NCBI GenBank assembly: GCA_002269645.1
Contig: NIVC01000265.1
Coordinates: 13,441 to 77,440, forward strand
Reading direction: 5' to 3'
Source of the DNA: Macrostomum lignano
Lineage: Eukaryota
Length of the DNA: 64,000 nucleotides
This document shows, piece by piece, positions 37,764 through 51,600 of the stretch. A model generated the notes under the pieces. That model was not told the DNA's origin and made no database searches. It saw nothing but the letters and a program-made list of their open reading frames with translations. The translations under genes and the position numbers were made by a program. Numbering within the stretch: position 1 is the first letter of the stretch; every line of letters begins with the position of its first letter.

Positions 37764-37938
37764 CTGACTTTATTTTATCGTTAGGCATGTACACTTCACT
37801 GTGCCTTGGGTCTGGCCTTCAAGGCCGCGTTAATTGCACGAGCAGAGCCAAGCCGAAATTCCAGTTTAGCCTCAAAATGAATGCGACTGCACTTGGAATC
37901 GAGCCTGGGCCGCTGGCAAATCAGAGCGCCCCCCCCCC
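37764..37938 (-). mobile_element. SINE family B copy
   Basis: Reverse complement aligns over about 165 bp with 48405-48570. Confidence 0.78.
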
Positions 37939-38096
37939 GAGGAGTAGCTCTGGGATTGTTTAAGTTATTAAAATGTAAAATTCTAAATCAAATGTGAAAC
38001 GCTAAAAGCAGCCGATCCAAAAAAACTTGCAGCCCAAAATCTGGCCGCCCATTGTCGGGTCGTCGCCAATTGCCGCCGCTACCAATCGATACAACA

Positions 38097-41000
38097 ATGT
38101 CCACTGCAGTAGCAGCACCTGATCTGGCGTCAACTAATAACAATGCTACTTATAGTAGCAGTTCGGATGAAGCTGTTAAAAATCAATGGCGACCCTGCGC
38201 AGAGTGGCTGTTCCGGTGCTTAGAAAATGTGCCGGATATTTTGCAGACTGCTCAGACTGTGCTTGGCGATCCGCAGGCTACAGTGGTGGATCTGCTGAGC
38301 TTATTGAAGGATGGCATTTTACTGTGCCACATCCTGCCGGCGCTCAGCTGCAACGACATCACTCTGAAAACTCTTGACGGATTCAAACTGATGACACTGA
38401 ATTCTCCGTTCGTATTTAAAAAGAATATTGGCGCTTTTCTGAATCAGTGCGAATCTTATTTCGGTTTGAAACGATCTGACCTGTTTCGCGCCGAGGATCT
38501 GCTTGAACAGGAGAATATAATTGGCATTATTGATGCGCTATCAACCTTGTCCAGGTGTCCCAGGGCTAGGCAGAGTGGCATTGCCGGGTTCGAAATTGCC
38601 CGATGCAGTCCGCAGGCGGAGTCAGACTATTACAGTTTTGTTGCAGACTCAGTGCCGGAGCCAGCGCCTGTGCACAGCAGGCACCGGCTGCAGCAGAAAC
38701 ACGGTACAGACCAGCAGCAGCAGCAGCAGTTGAACCAAGCAATTGCTGATGTCAGTCTCGACACCAGCGGCGTCAGCAGCTGCTGCTCTCAACAAGTCGA
38801 AGAGAAAGTCTACGATTGCATCATCAACTTGAGGGGGAAGCAGCCACAGCAGCCTCAGCAGCAGCAACAGAAGCAACAGCAACAACAGCAGCAGCAGCAG
38901 CCGGTCAAAGGTCTGACACCGCAGGATCTGTGCATCCAGGAGATGGTAGACACCGAACGTAACTACGTTGAGACACTTCGTCTCCTAGTAGAAGACGTCA
39001 TGCAGCCAATGAAAGCCAAGCAGTCGGCTTGGTCAGCCGATGAAGTCGATACAATATTCAAATTTCTGCCCGAGCTGTCCAGCTTGCATCAGAAACTGCT
39101 GCAGGAGCTTCAAATTGCTGTAGTGTTGAAGCCTGAGCACGCCAAGTCTCTGCCTCAAGTGTTCAGCTCATTCAAAGACCGGATGCTGGTTTATGGTCAG
39201 TACAGCGGCCACTTGGCCAGGGCGCAGAAACTGGTTGAGAACGCTTGCAAATGCGACAAGCGTAAAAGCGACGAATTGCAACAGCATCTCAGCAATTGTC
39301 GGGCATTGTTTAAACTGAGCGAATATCTCACCGTACCGGTGCAACGGGTGCTCAAGTATCACCTGCTACTCCGCAGCCTCATCAGTATTGAAGAGAAGCT
39401 GGCAGCTCAGCCGCAGCAGCAGCAGTCAGCTTCCCAATTAGATTTATCCCAATTACGCGAAGCTCACGAAGCGATGTGCGAAGTTGCGGACTATGTTAAC
39501 GAAGTGAAACGCGACCTGGAAATGATGGCATTGATTGATCAGATTCAGAACACCATTGACGATTTGGACCTGCCACCCTCTATGCGACTCATCGATTATG
39601 GCCGCTTGCAGATTGACGAAGAATTGAAGGTGGCTAACGATCCTAACAGGCCTACTTCCGGTAGTAAATTGCGCTACTGTTTCCTATGGAACCGGATCTG
39701 CATGCTGGTAAAGAGTCGGGGACCCGGCAAAGAAGGCTACATATTTAAAAATGTGTTCGCCATTAAAACCGATCTGGTTATTAAACCGATTGACTGCCCG
39801 CCGACTGGGAAGAAGAGCGTTGCACAGCTGCAACAGACGGTGAGGCTTCCGGCTTGTGCTGCTTTTTTATTTGTTTATTGGCTTCTTTATTCTTTAGACT
39901 TCTCAGAGTCTTATTTAAGACTGTATAGGGTGAGATTAGATATTATCAATAGATTGACAATTCGCTAGGGTGAGAAAGGAGATTCTGTAGAGTAGGATAG
40001 GAGATTCTATAGGGTGTGATAAGAGATTTTACAGGGTGAGATTAGAGATTCTATAGGTTAGAATAGGATAGGAGATTCTATGGGGTGAGATAAAAGATTC
40101 TATCTAGAGTAAGATAGGATAAGAGATTCTGTGTAGAGTAAGATAGGAGATTCTAAAGGGTGAGATAAGAGATTCTATAGAGTGAAAAAGAAGATTGTTT
40201 AGAGTGAGATAATAGTTTTTTAGGGTGCGATTAGACATTCTTTAGGGTGAGTTCGGAGATTCTTTATTGGAAGACTGGAGTTTTTAGGGTTAGATTGGAG
40301 ATTCCATAATTCCATAGGTTGAGATCATAGGTTCTTTAGGGTGAGATTAGGCATTTTTATCGTGAGATTAGAGATCGTATGGAATGAGATAGTGGGGCTA
40401 CAAATCGCTAATAATTGCCACTGCAGACTGCTCAGCAGCAGGTGTCACCCCAGCAACAGCAGCAGCCGCAACCTGCTGGCAACACCAAATGGACCTGGCT
40501 GTTCTCAGTCAGCGACCAGCCGCAACCGCAACAGCAGCAGCAGCAGCAGCAGGGCTCCAAAGACGGCATCAACATGGTGTTCATAGCCAAGACCAAGGAG
40601 TCCCGGCGGCGCTGGCTGGAAGCATTCCAGCGCTCTAAAGAGGTGCTCGCTCCGCCGAATTTCAACATGTTTGGCCACTACTTCGAGCCGGCCACGTTCG
40701 ATCTGCCAACCTATTGTTCGGTGTGCAATAGGCTCATTCTTGGCTGCTTCTATCAGGGCTACAGGTGCAGGAAGACTGGCAAGAAAGTGCATCCCGCCTG
40801 CATACCTAGCCGGCCCGATCGGTCCAATTCTGAGATCATTGCGCCGCGCTTTGGCGAATTTGGCGCCGGCGCCAATTCCGCGCCAGGAGGTCCCAATAGT
40901 GCGCCAGCTGTTCAGACTAGTGAGTTTCGATTGTGGCTACTTATGAGTAGCATGCTTTGTATTTCCCATAAGCGTCAGTGTATTCAGTACTGAGAACCAC

Positions 41001-43514
41001 CCTGAAAATCTCCCTCTAATCTACCTGAGAATCGCCCTCCAATCCACCCTGAGAATCGCCCTCAAATCCACCCTGAGAATCGCCCTCAAATCCACCCTGA
41101 GAATCTCCTTCTAATCCACCCTGAGAATCTCCCTCAAATCCACCCTGAGAATCGCCCTCTAATCCACCTGAGAATCGCCCTCTAATCTACCCTGAGAATC
41201 GCCCTCAAATCCACCCTGAGAATCGCCCTCTAATCCACCTGAGAATCGCCCTCTAATCTACCCTGAGAATCGCCCTCAAATCCACCCTGAGAATCGCCCT
41301 CTAATCCACCTGAGAATCGCCCTCTAATCTACCCTGAGAATCGCCCTCAAATCCACCCTGAGAATCGCCCTCTAATCCACCTGAGAATCGCCCTCTAATC
41401 TACCCTGAGAATCGCCCTCTAATTCACCCTGAGAATCGCCCTCAAATCCACCCTGAGAATCGCCCTCTAATCCACCTGAGAATCGCCCTCTAATCTACCC
41501 TGAGAATCGCCCTCTAATTCACCCTGAGAATCGCCCTCTAATCTACCCTGAGAATCGTCCTCTAATCTACCCTGAGAATCGCCCTCTAATCTACCCTGAG
41601 AATCGCCCTCTAATCCACCCTGAGAATCGTCCTCTAATCCACCCTGAGAATCGCCCTCTAATCTACCCTGAGAATCGCCCTCTAATCCACCCTGAGAATC
41701 GCCCTCTAATCTACCCTGAGAATCGCCCTCTCAAGCGCTCAATCCCACTCGACTCCGCAGGACATTCAACAGACGCCACGGAGTTCTCGCCGTCCGCTCC
41801 CAATCAGCTGATGCCATTGAGAATTCCCGCTGCTGTTATCGAGGAATTCTCGCCGTCGCCGAAGCCCCAGCCGGTCAACGGCGATCAGCCTCCTCCTGCT
41901 CCTGACCAGATCACGCGGCGGTTTAGTCGAGGCGGATCGACAGACAGCACTGGCCACCCCCTGGACCATCACGACTGGTTCGTCGGTCCCATGTCCCGCG
42001 AGATGGCGCGTGACGCCCTGCTGGGTCAGCCGGTTGGCACATTTCTAGTGCGGCTTAGCCTAACTAGCAGCATGGACTATGCGATCAGCCTGCGGTATAG
42101 GGAGACCATCAAGCATATGAGAATTCAACAGGTTAGTTCTGCAGCAGTCATGCGTTATCGGGTGATAAATGGGTCAGTCTGGGTCCGTCTCTAAGTTTGT
42201 CAGTAGGTTGTTTAGTAGGTTAATTAGTAGGTTAATTAGTAGGTTAATAGGTAGACTATTTAGTACGTTAATAAGTAAGGAGATTAGTAGGTTAATAAAT
42301 ATGTTGTTTAGTATGTTATTAAGTAGATTATTTTGTAGTGTAATAAGTAGGTTATTTAGTAGGTTAATTAGTAGTTTAATAGGTACGTTATTTAGTAGGT
42401 TAATAAGTGGGTTATTTAGTAGGTAATTAGTAGCTTAATTAGTAGCTTAATAGGTAGGTTATTTAGTAGGTTAATGTGTAGCTTATTTAGTAGGTTAATG
42501 TGTAGCTTATTTAGTAGGTTAATGTGTAGCTTATTTAGTAGGTTAATAAGTGGATTTTTTAGTAGGTTATAGAGTAGGCTTTTTCTTACGTTAATTAGTA
42601 GGTTAATGAGTAGGTTGATGAGTAGTTTGATGAGTTAGGCTATTTAGTACGTTAATTAGTAGGTTATTTAGTAGGTTAATTAGTAGGTTATTTAGTAGGT
42701 TAATTAGTAGGTTATTTAGTAGGTTAATTAGTAGGTTATTTAGTAGGTTAATTAGTAGGTTATTTAGTAGGTTAATTAGTAGGTTATTTAGTAGGTTAAT
42801 TAGTAGGTTATTTAGTAGGTTAATTAGTAGGTTATTTAGTAGGTTAATTAGTAGGTTATTTAGTAGGTTAATTAGTAGGTTAATAAGTGGGCTATTTAAA
42901 GTACTAACACGCATGTTATTCAGTGTCTAACTGAGCACTTTAAGCACTTTAATAGCTCATTAATTCCACAACACTCCACACTCCAGGCCTCCAACTGGTA
43001 CTACCTGGGCGAGATCAGGACATTCCCCAGCATCCCAGCTCTAGTGGAGCACTATAGCCTCAACTCGTTGTGCGAATGCTTCACCGATCTGGACGCCACT
43101 CTGGCCAGGCCGATCAAACTGGATTTGCCTCGGCCGTTGCCGCCGCCGCCTCCGCCTCCAACGCAGCAGCAGCAGCCGCCTGCTGTGTACTCGAGAAGCA
43201 ACAGCCAGAGCAGCGGCCTCGGCACTGCTCAACCGGCATCTGGCGCCGCCCTGCTGGGCACGTCAACTCCAAGACGCAGTAGCGTTGTTGGCTACGCCCT
43301 GGCGCTGCGGGACTATGCCGTCCCGGGACATCTGGCTCTCGTGGCTGGCGAGACCGTCACCCTGCTGGGCCAGTGCCAGCCGGCCGGGGTCAACGGCACT
43401 CTTTGGCGAGGCCGGCGGGCCAACGGTTCGGTTGGCGTGTTCTCTCCAGAAGTTGTACAGCTGGTGTCTACGCCTGGGACAGAGTTCTTTGCTGCTGGCG
43501 GATTCGCTGCTTGA
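38097..43514 (+). CDS. vav: Vav guanine nucleotide exchange factor (CH-acidic-DH-PH-C1-SH2-SH3), about 1044 aa; exons 38097-39839, 40427-40919, 41761-42131, 42987-43514
   Basis: CH (LKDGILLC, FGLKRSDLF..DL); acidic Tyr sites (DYY, VYD); DH (EMVDTERNYVETL, PVQRVLKYHLLL, VADYVNEVKRD); PH; C1 (H.F...TF...TYC..C..LI.G..YQGYRC); SH2 (WFVG.M.R, GTFLVR, IKHMRI, LVEHY..NSL..CF..LD.TL); single C-terminal SH3, as in invertebrate Vav. Splice phases 0,1,0. Confidence 0.93.
39900..40380. repeat. Diverged minisatellite of about 22 bp in Vav coding intron 1
   Basis: agggtgagattagagattctat-like units. Confidence 0.8.
40995..41728. repeat. 23-24-bp minisatellite in Vav coding intron 2
   Basis: ccctgagaatcgccctctaatc(c/t)a, about 30 copies. 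Confidence 0.95.
42195..42900. repeat. 12/24-bp minisatellite in Vav coding intron 3
   Basis: agtaggttatttagtaggttaatt. Confidence 0.93.
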
Positions 43515-43569
43515 CGATTAATTATCTGGGGTGGGGTCTTTGGTGCGGCATTTCTTTTTTATGGTCGCG

Positions 43570-44240
43570 AGTTCGAGTTTTGAGTTCGAGTTCGAGCTTT
43601 GAGTTCCAATTCTAGCTTTGAGTTCGAGTTCGAGATTTGAGTTCTAGCTTTGAGTTCGAGTTCGAGCTTCGAGTTCGAGCTTCGAATTCGAGCTTTTGAG
43701 TTCGAGTTCGAGCTTTGAGTTCGAGTTCGAGCTTTGAGTTCGAGTTCGAGCTTTGAGTTCGAGTTCGAGCTTTGAGTTCCAGCTTTGAGTTCGAGCTTTG
43801 AGTTCGAGTTCGAGCTTTGAGTTCGAGTTCGAGCTTCGAGTTCGAGCTTCGAATTCGAGCTTTTGAGTTCGAGTTCGAGCTTCGAGTTCGAGCTTTTGAG
43901 TTCGAGTTCGAGCTTTGAGTTCGAGTTCGAGCTTTGAGTTCGAGTTCGAGCTTTGAGTTCGAGTTCGAGCTTCGAGTTCGAGTTCGAGCTTCGAGTTCGA
44001 GCTTTTAAGTTCGAGTTCGAGCTTCGAGTTCGAGCTTTTGAGTTCGAGTTCGAGCTTCGAGTTCGAGCTTCGAATTCGAGCTTTTGAGTTCGAGTTCGAG
44101 CTTCGAGTTCGAGCTTTTGAGTTCGAGTTCGAGCTTCGAGTTCGAGCTTCGAATTCGAGCTTTTGAGTTCGAGTTCGAGCTTCGAGTTCGAGCTTTTGAG
44201 TTCGAGTTCGAGCTTTGAGTTCCAGCTTTGAGTTCGCACA
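43570..44240. repeat. CpG-rich simple satellite of ttcgag/ttcgagc/tttgag units, about 55 bp after the Vav stop
   Basis: Directly visible. Confidence 0.95.
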
Positions 44241-45459
44241 CAATTCGAATTCTAGTTTACTATTAAGCCAATTAGAATCGAGTTTTAAAATAGATTTCGA
44301 TTTCGAGCTTGTCTTTGAGTTTAAATTCAAGCTTGGGTCTAACAAGCTTTAATTGTATAATTTTCGGATCAGGTTAAAGAACTTGGCTTTTATATTGGGT
44401 TCAAGTTTTGAAAGGAACCAATCTGAAATGCTCATAAATAACACTGGCCCGAGGCTGTTCCATAAATAATTGCCCAATTGCACACTCTCGAATCTCCCAA
44501 TGGTTTTTTATATCGATCTGCAGACTTTGCCTATTCCAGCTTTTAATGCAGAAAGCCTACATGAAAAATAATCGATATTTATCGCGACTGTTTCCTGTTT
44601 GTTGCGGTCTAAGTAGCGCCCCGAACTCCCTCCACTTCAGTTGATTAATTTTGCAACCGTAGTAGCTAAAATAATAATAGACTTAGTTTTAAGTTCGCTT
44701 CCATTCGATTAAAAGTAAAATGTTTCAATGTTTTCCGCAATTTTATATTTTGGTTTTACATATTTTTTTAGTAATGTATATATACATATTTTTACTGTTT
44801 TCCAACCTCCTGCTGTAATGTTATTAACGTGTAACATTGATTGATTTTTTTGTTAAAAAGGTGTGCAAGTTTACCAATTTTTTTCCAATTTCTTAAACAT
44901 TTATTGATTTATCCATGCACTAGGGCTTTCGGTGGTAATGAAATTATTATTGATAAATTTACTTCAAATTTATTGCTAGTCTGGCCTAATTTAATCAAAC
45001 AGAATTAGTTTAGCTAATAGATAAATCGTCTGTGTTCTAATAATTAATTAATTAATCGTCCTAATATTACAATTAGATATATTTTTCTCAAAATTATGAA
45101 TAGAATTAGCCTATGCTCAATAGCAGTTCTTCTTATTTTATCTATCAACAATAATTTGTTTAAACGACTGTATTTTTGTAATAAACTATTAATTTTTATA
45201 TCGAGTATGTATATTATTATGTTCTTATCTGTTTTTTTTTCTTTTTGTACATGAAAAACAAACAAAGTTAAAAATTATACACAGCATGATCTGATAATTT
45301 GTTTGTCATTTTCCATCCAGCAATACGCACTTTTGCTGCTGCACTTCATTTATCTAATTTATCTGTGTCGAGTAAATATTTCGATACAAGTTTCTGTCTG
45401 TGTACTTTTATGTTGGACACATTTTAATTGCAATGAATATTGCCTCATTCTACCCTGAC

Positions 45460-48135
45460 AATCACCCCTAAATCACCCTGAGTATCACCCCTAAATCACC
45501 CTGAGTATCACCCCTACAGCACTCTGAGAATCACCCCTTAATCACCCTGAGAATCACCCCCAAATCACTCTGAGAATCACCCCTACATCACTCTGAGAAT
45601 CACCCCTACAGCACTCTGAGAATCACCCCTACAGCACTCTGAGAATCACCCCTTAATCACCCTGAGAATCACCCCCAAATCACTCTGAGAATCACCCCTA
45701 CATCACTCTGAGAATCACCCCTACAGCACTCTGAGAATCACCCCTTAATCACCCTGAGAATCACCCCCAAATCACTCTGAGAATCACCCCTACATCACTC
45801 TGAGAATCACCCCTACATCACTCTGAGAATCACCCTAAATCACCCTGAGAATCACCCTAAATCACCCTGAGAATCACCCCTACATCACTCTGACAATCAC
45901 CCCTAAATCACCCTGAGAATCACCCCTAAATCACCCTGAGAATCACCCCTAAATCACCTTGAGAATCACCCTAAATCACCCTGAGAATCACCCCTACATC
46001 ACTCTGAGAATCACCCCTAACTCACCCTGAGAATCACCCCCAAATCACTCTGAGAATCACCCCTACATCACTCTGAGAATCACCCCTACATCACTCTGAG
46101 AATCACCCTAAATCACCCTGAGAATCACCCCTAAATCACCCCTAAATCACCCTGAGAATCACCCCTAAATCACCTTGAGAATCACCCTAAATCACCCTGA
46201 GAATCACCCCTAAATCACCTTGAGAATCACCCTAAATCACCCTGAGAATCACCCCTACATCACTCTGAGAATCACCCCTAACTCACCCTGAGAATCACCC
46301 CTAAATCACTCTGAGAATCACCCCTACATCACTCTGAGAATCACCCCTAAATCACCCTGAGAATCACCCTAAATCACCCCTAAATCACCCTGAGAATCAC
46401 CCTAAATCACCCTGAGAATCACCCCTAAATCACCCTGAGAATCACCCCTACATCACCCCTAAATCACCCTGAGAATCACCCATACATCACTCTGAGAATC
46501 ACCCCTAATCACCCTGAGAATCACCCCTAAATCACTCTGAGAATCACCCCTACATCACTCTGAGAATCACCCTAAATCACCCTGAGAATCACCCCTAAAT
46601 CACCCTGAGAATCACCCCTAAATCACCCCTACATCACTCTGAGAATCACCCCTACATCACTCTGAGAATCACCCCTAAATCACCCTGAGAATCACCCCTG
46701 CATCACCCCTAAATCACCCTGAGAATCACCCATACATCACTCTGAGAATCACCCCTAAATCACCCTGAGAATCACCCCTACATCACTCTGAGAATCACCC
46801 CTAAATCACCCCTAAATCACCCCTAAATCACCCTGAGAATCACCCCTACATCACTCTGACAATCACCCCTAAATCACCCTGAGAATCACCCCTAAATCAC
46901 CCTGAGAATCACCCCTAAATCACCTTGAGAATCACCCTAAATCACCCTGAGAATCACCCCTACATCACCCTGAGAATCACCCTAAATCACCGAGAATCAT
47001 CCCTAAATCACCCTGAGAATCACCCCTACATCACTCTGAGAATCACCCCTAACTCACCCTGAGAATCACCCCTAAATCACTCTGAGAATCACCCCTACAT
47101 CACTCTGAGAATCACCCCTAAATCACCCTGAGAATCACCCTAAATCACCCCTAAATCACCCTGAGAATCACCCTAAATCACCCTGAGAATCACCCCTAAT
47201 CACCCTGAGAATCACCCCTAAATCACCCTGAGAATCACCCTAAATCACCCTGAGAATCACCCCTAAATCACCCTGAGAATCACCCTAAATCACCCTGAGA
47301 ATCACCCTAAATCACCCTGAGAATCACCCCTAAATCACCCTGAGAATCACCCCTACATCACCCCTACATCACTCTGAGAATCACCCCTAAATCACCCTAA
47401 ATCACCCCTAAATCACCCTGAGAATTACCCTAAATCACCCTGAGAATCACCCCTAAATCACCCCTACATCACTCTGAGAATCACCCCTACATCACTCTGA
47501 GAATCACCCCTAAATCACCCTGAGAATCACCCCTACATCACCCCTAAATCACCCTGAGAATCACCCTAAATCACCGAGAATCATCCCTTAATCACTCTGA
47601 GAATCACCCTAAATCACCCTGAGAATCACCCCTACATCACTCTGAGAATCACCCCTAACTCACCCTGAGAATCACCCTAAGAATCACCCCTACATCACCC
47701 TGAGAACCACCCTACATCACCCTGAGAATCACCCTGAGAATCACCCCTACATCACCCTGAGAATCACCCTAAATCACCGAGAATCATCCCTAAATCACTC
47801 TGAGAATCACCCTAAATCACCCTGAGAATCACCCCTACATCACTCTGAGAATCACCCCTAACTCACCCTGAGAATCACCCTAAATCACCCTAAGAATCAC
47901 CCCTACATCACCCTGAGAATCACCCTACATCACCCTGAGAATCACCCTGAGAATCACCCCTACATCACCCTAAGAATCACCCTAAATCACCCTGAGAATC
48001 ACCCTAAATCACCCTGAGAATCACCCCTACATCACTCTGAGAATCACCCCTAAATCACCCTAAGAATCACCCCTACATCACCCTGAGAATCACCCTACAT
48101 CACCCTGAGAATCACCCTTACATCACCCTGAGAAT
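45460..48135. repeat. 22-23-bp minisatellite (caccctgagaatcacccctaaat), about 2.7 kb, with 11-12-bp half-unit variants
   Basis: Directly visible; related to the Vav intron 2 unit. Confidence 0.97.
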
Positions 48136-48380
48136 TGCCATTAAACCTGCTGAGAAATCAGTCCTGTAATCAATACCGTTATATTACATGTAGGTTTTAT
48201 CGCAGCGAAGTCAAAGGTTTCTATAATAATATTTGGAATAATCGAGACTTGTTTGTTTTCAAATATTAGGCAATTTATTAGGGTTTGCAGTGCAGTCTGT
48301 TTCGGAGTTAGTCTTAGCATAATTAATTATTTATCATTAGGCAACGCTGATAGCAATGTTATCGCTTCTATCTATGTACC

Positions 48381-48567
48381 GGCTCTTCAGCCCAGAAATG
48401 GCAGATGGGAGCCCTGATGTGCCAGCGGCCCAGGCTCGATTCCAAGTGCAGTCGCATTAATTTGGGGCTGAACTGGAATCTCGGCTTGGCTCTGCTCGTG
48501 CAATTAACGGCCTTGATGGCCAACCCCCAAGGCACAGTGAAGCCTACATGCCTACCGATAAATAAAG
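48381..48567 (+). mobile_element. SINE family B copy with a tRNA-Glu-like B-box region
   Basis: gccagcggcccaggctcgattcc resembles tRNA-Glu ccgcggcccgggttcgattcc; ends cgataaataaag; second copy at 37764-37938. Confidence 0.75.
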
Positions 48568-48604
48568 TCATCTGTCAGTGTTTATCTGCCAACGGTTTTT
48601 AAAA

Positions 48605-51600
48605 TCACGCTTGGCTCTTCGCTCCGTCGGGTTCACCTTCGTCAGCCGCGGCGCTGGGCACAGCCTCGCGAAGCTGGCGCCGACGATGCTGATGACGCTG
48701 CAGCTCCGTCCGCGGCCTCCTGGCCTCCATGAGGATGCGGATGCTTTCCTCTGTCCGGCAAGTTGTCCGAATCTCCCTAGCCTGACTGTCCGGTTGTCCC
48801 GGCAACCGGACAACTACAACGCGACTGTCCCGCTGGCCAGGCGGACCCGCCGAGGCCGCCGTCGACACTCTGGACGGTCGAGCCGATGTTGAAATTGAAA
48901 TCGAAGCCGACGGAGTTGCCGCTGTCGTTGATTGCAGCTCCGTCGTTGAGGCGCCAGTAGCTGACGGCACCTGTCTGTGTGCGTAGGTGATTCTCGAGCG
49001 GCCGCCGCCGGGTCCCTGACGAATCCGCGGTCGGCCATCAGCGCGCCGCTGATCCAGCAGGCTGTAGATGTTCACCAGGGCGCCCTCCACTTGCTGCCTG
49101 TGCTCCGCCTGCGGATTTGTGATGGCCGCTGGAGATGATTAGAAATGTTTTAACCGGAAACATACTACTTTTTACCAGTTTACTCAGTAGCAACTGCACA
49201 AGATAATTGTCTAGACCGTAGCTGCTGTTTCGTGTAAAACAATAAATTGTTGATCTTGATTATCTATTGCGACCATCCACCTCCTGGACTGTCCGGAGGG
49301 GGACCGCGCTGCAGACACCGCGGCACCACCGGATCTCCCTGCGCGACACCACAACGAGCAGCTCCCGAGTCCCGGTGTACTCAGTTGCTCAGAACCCCCT
49401 GCAGCTGAGTCAAGTCAAAAGTGCTCAAATTGGGTCCAATGACTACTCAAGTAAGAAGGACGGGAAACCGCGATCGTTTCTTAGAAAATTTTAGGTAGGC
49501 AGGCTTTTCCGAAGAAATACACTACGGAGATAGGAAGTTTTGATTTTTCATCAAAAAATTGTTATTGCTTTCGATAGGAGGCAGACCCAATGCTCCTCTT
49601 TTGGTATTTTGTGCCTTTTTTACAGCTGTATTGATATTCACAAAGCTTTTCCTTTAGATAATTAGGATTCTATTATGTAATTTCTTATTCTACGTAAATT
49701 CCCTGTACCTAAAAATCATAGAATGCATTGCAGAGTTCGACTAATTGGTTTTATGACCTCTGTTCCACAGTCAGCTAAGAATCATAAAAATGCATTGCAG
49801 AGTTCGACTAATCGGTTTTATGACCTCTGTTCCACAGTCAGCTAAGAATCATAAAAATGCATTGCAGAGTTCGACTAATCGGTTTTATGACCTCTGTTCC
49901 ACAGTCAGCTAAGAATCATAAAATAGATTTATGCCGTGGAATTTTAATGGTTTTTAAGAACAGGACATGTACAATTGTACGTAAAATAAAAAATTAACAT
50001 GGAATCCTAATTTTCAGAACGAAAAGCACAATTCATATCTAAAGATGGACATTGGGTCTGCCTCCTATAGAAAACAATAACAATTTTTGTGCTGAAAAAT
50101 GAAAACTTTCTATCTCCGTAACGTATTTTTTCGGTAAATCCTGCCTCCTAAAATTTTCCTAGAAACGAAGTCTCCCCTTCTACTTAAGTCGTCCTTGATT
50201 GGGTCATGACCGTAATTCCTTCAGCTTAAATGGGCACCCGAGCGATAGACCATAAATCAAGCAAGGCAGCATATGTCAATAACACACCTGTTTCACTTTC
50301 TTAGTATCGTCCCGAGCTTCAAACAGCAGCAAATCGTGATGATGAGGCTCCTGCTGCTGCTGAGGCTGCTGAGTTGCCCCGGATTTCACCTGCGACCGCC
50401 GCGGTTGCAGTTGGCTCTGCGGCAGCTGGGTAACGAACACTGGCTCTGCTTCATCAGGTTGCGGCTCCTCGACCTCCAGCGGGTCACTGCGCAGCGATTC
50501 TTCTTCATCATCCTCCGTGTAGCCCGGAGTGGAGATGCCATCGAGCAGGTCGTTCGCCAGCAGGTGCAGCTGCGAGTTGAGTCTCGGCGGCAGATTCAGC
50601 GGGTTTAAACCGGTGCGAACTTGTTTTACCGGGGCAGACCGGTTGTCCGACTGTGTGCATCATTATGGGGTCATCAGAATCATTATAAGGTCATCAGAAT
50701 CACTATGAGATCACCAGAATCATAATGAAATAATCAGAAGAATCATTTCGAGGTCATCAGAATCATAAAGAGATCATCAGAATAATTATGAGGTCATCAG
50801 AAACATAGTGAGGTCACCAGAATTATTCTACGGTCACCAGAACCAAGATGAAGCGATCAGGATCATTTTGGAATCACATGTCCTGTTAATGAAGCTGTAA
50901 TAGTTTCGTTAAAATTCTCACCCTCAACCCAAGTGCTTTTGTCTGTTTCTCGTTGACCAGTGCCCAGTCCATGACGAGCTTGTCCGTATCCTGACGGCTC
51001 AGCCGAGCGCACGGACACAGGGTCGGCCGGAACTGCACACTCTCTTTGACCGCCTCTTCCCAGGGATTTCTTTTGCGCTTCTTTACAGCTTGGAACACGC
51101 TGAATGTGCTGAACTCGGGGGTCTTCGTTTGGCGAGAGTCCAGGGGACGCATGTACCTGCAATGTGGGGTGCATGACGTTGCAGGGATAGGGGAGTTCTG
51201 TGGGGATTGGGGGCACTGCAGGGATAGGGGGCACTGTAGGGATTGGGGGCACTGCAGGGATAGGGGGCACTGCAGGGATAGGGGGCACTGTAGGGATTGG
51301 GGGCACTGCAGGGATAGGGGGCATTGTAGGGATAGGGGGCACTGCAGGGATAGGGGGCACTGCAGGGATAGGGGGCATTGTAGGGATAGGGGCACTGTAG
51401 GGATAGGGGGCACTGTAGGGATTGGGGGCACTGCAGGGATTGGGGGCACTGCAGGGATAGGGGGCACTGCAGGGATAGGGGGCACTGCAGGGATAGGGGC
51501 ACTGTAGGAATAAGTGCACTGTAGGGATTGGGGGCACTGCAGGGAAAGGGGCACAGCAGGGATAGGGGCACTGTAGGAATAAGTGCACTGTAGGGATTGG

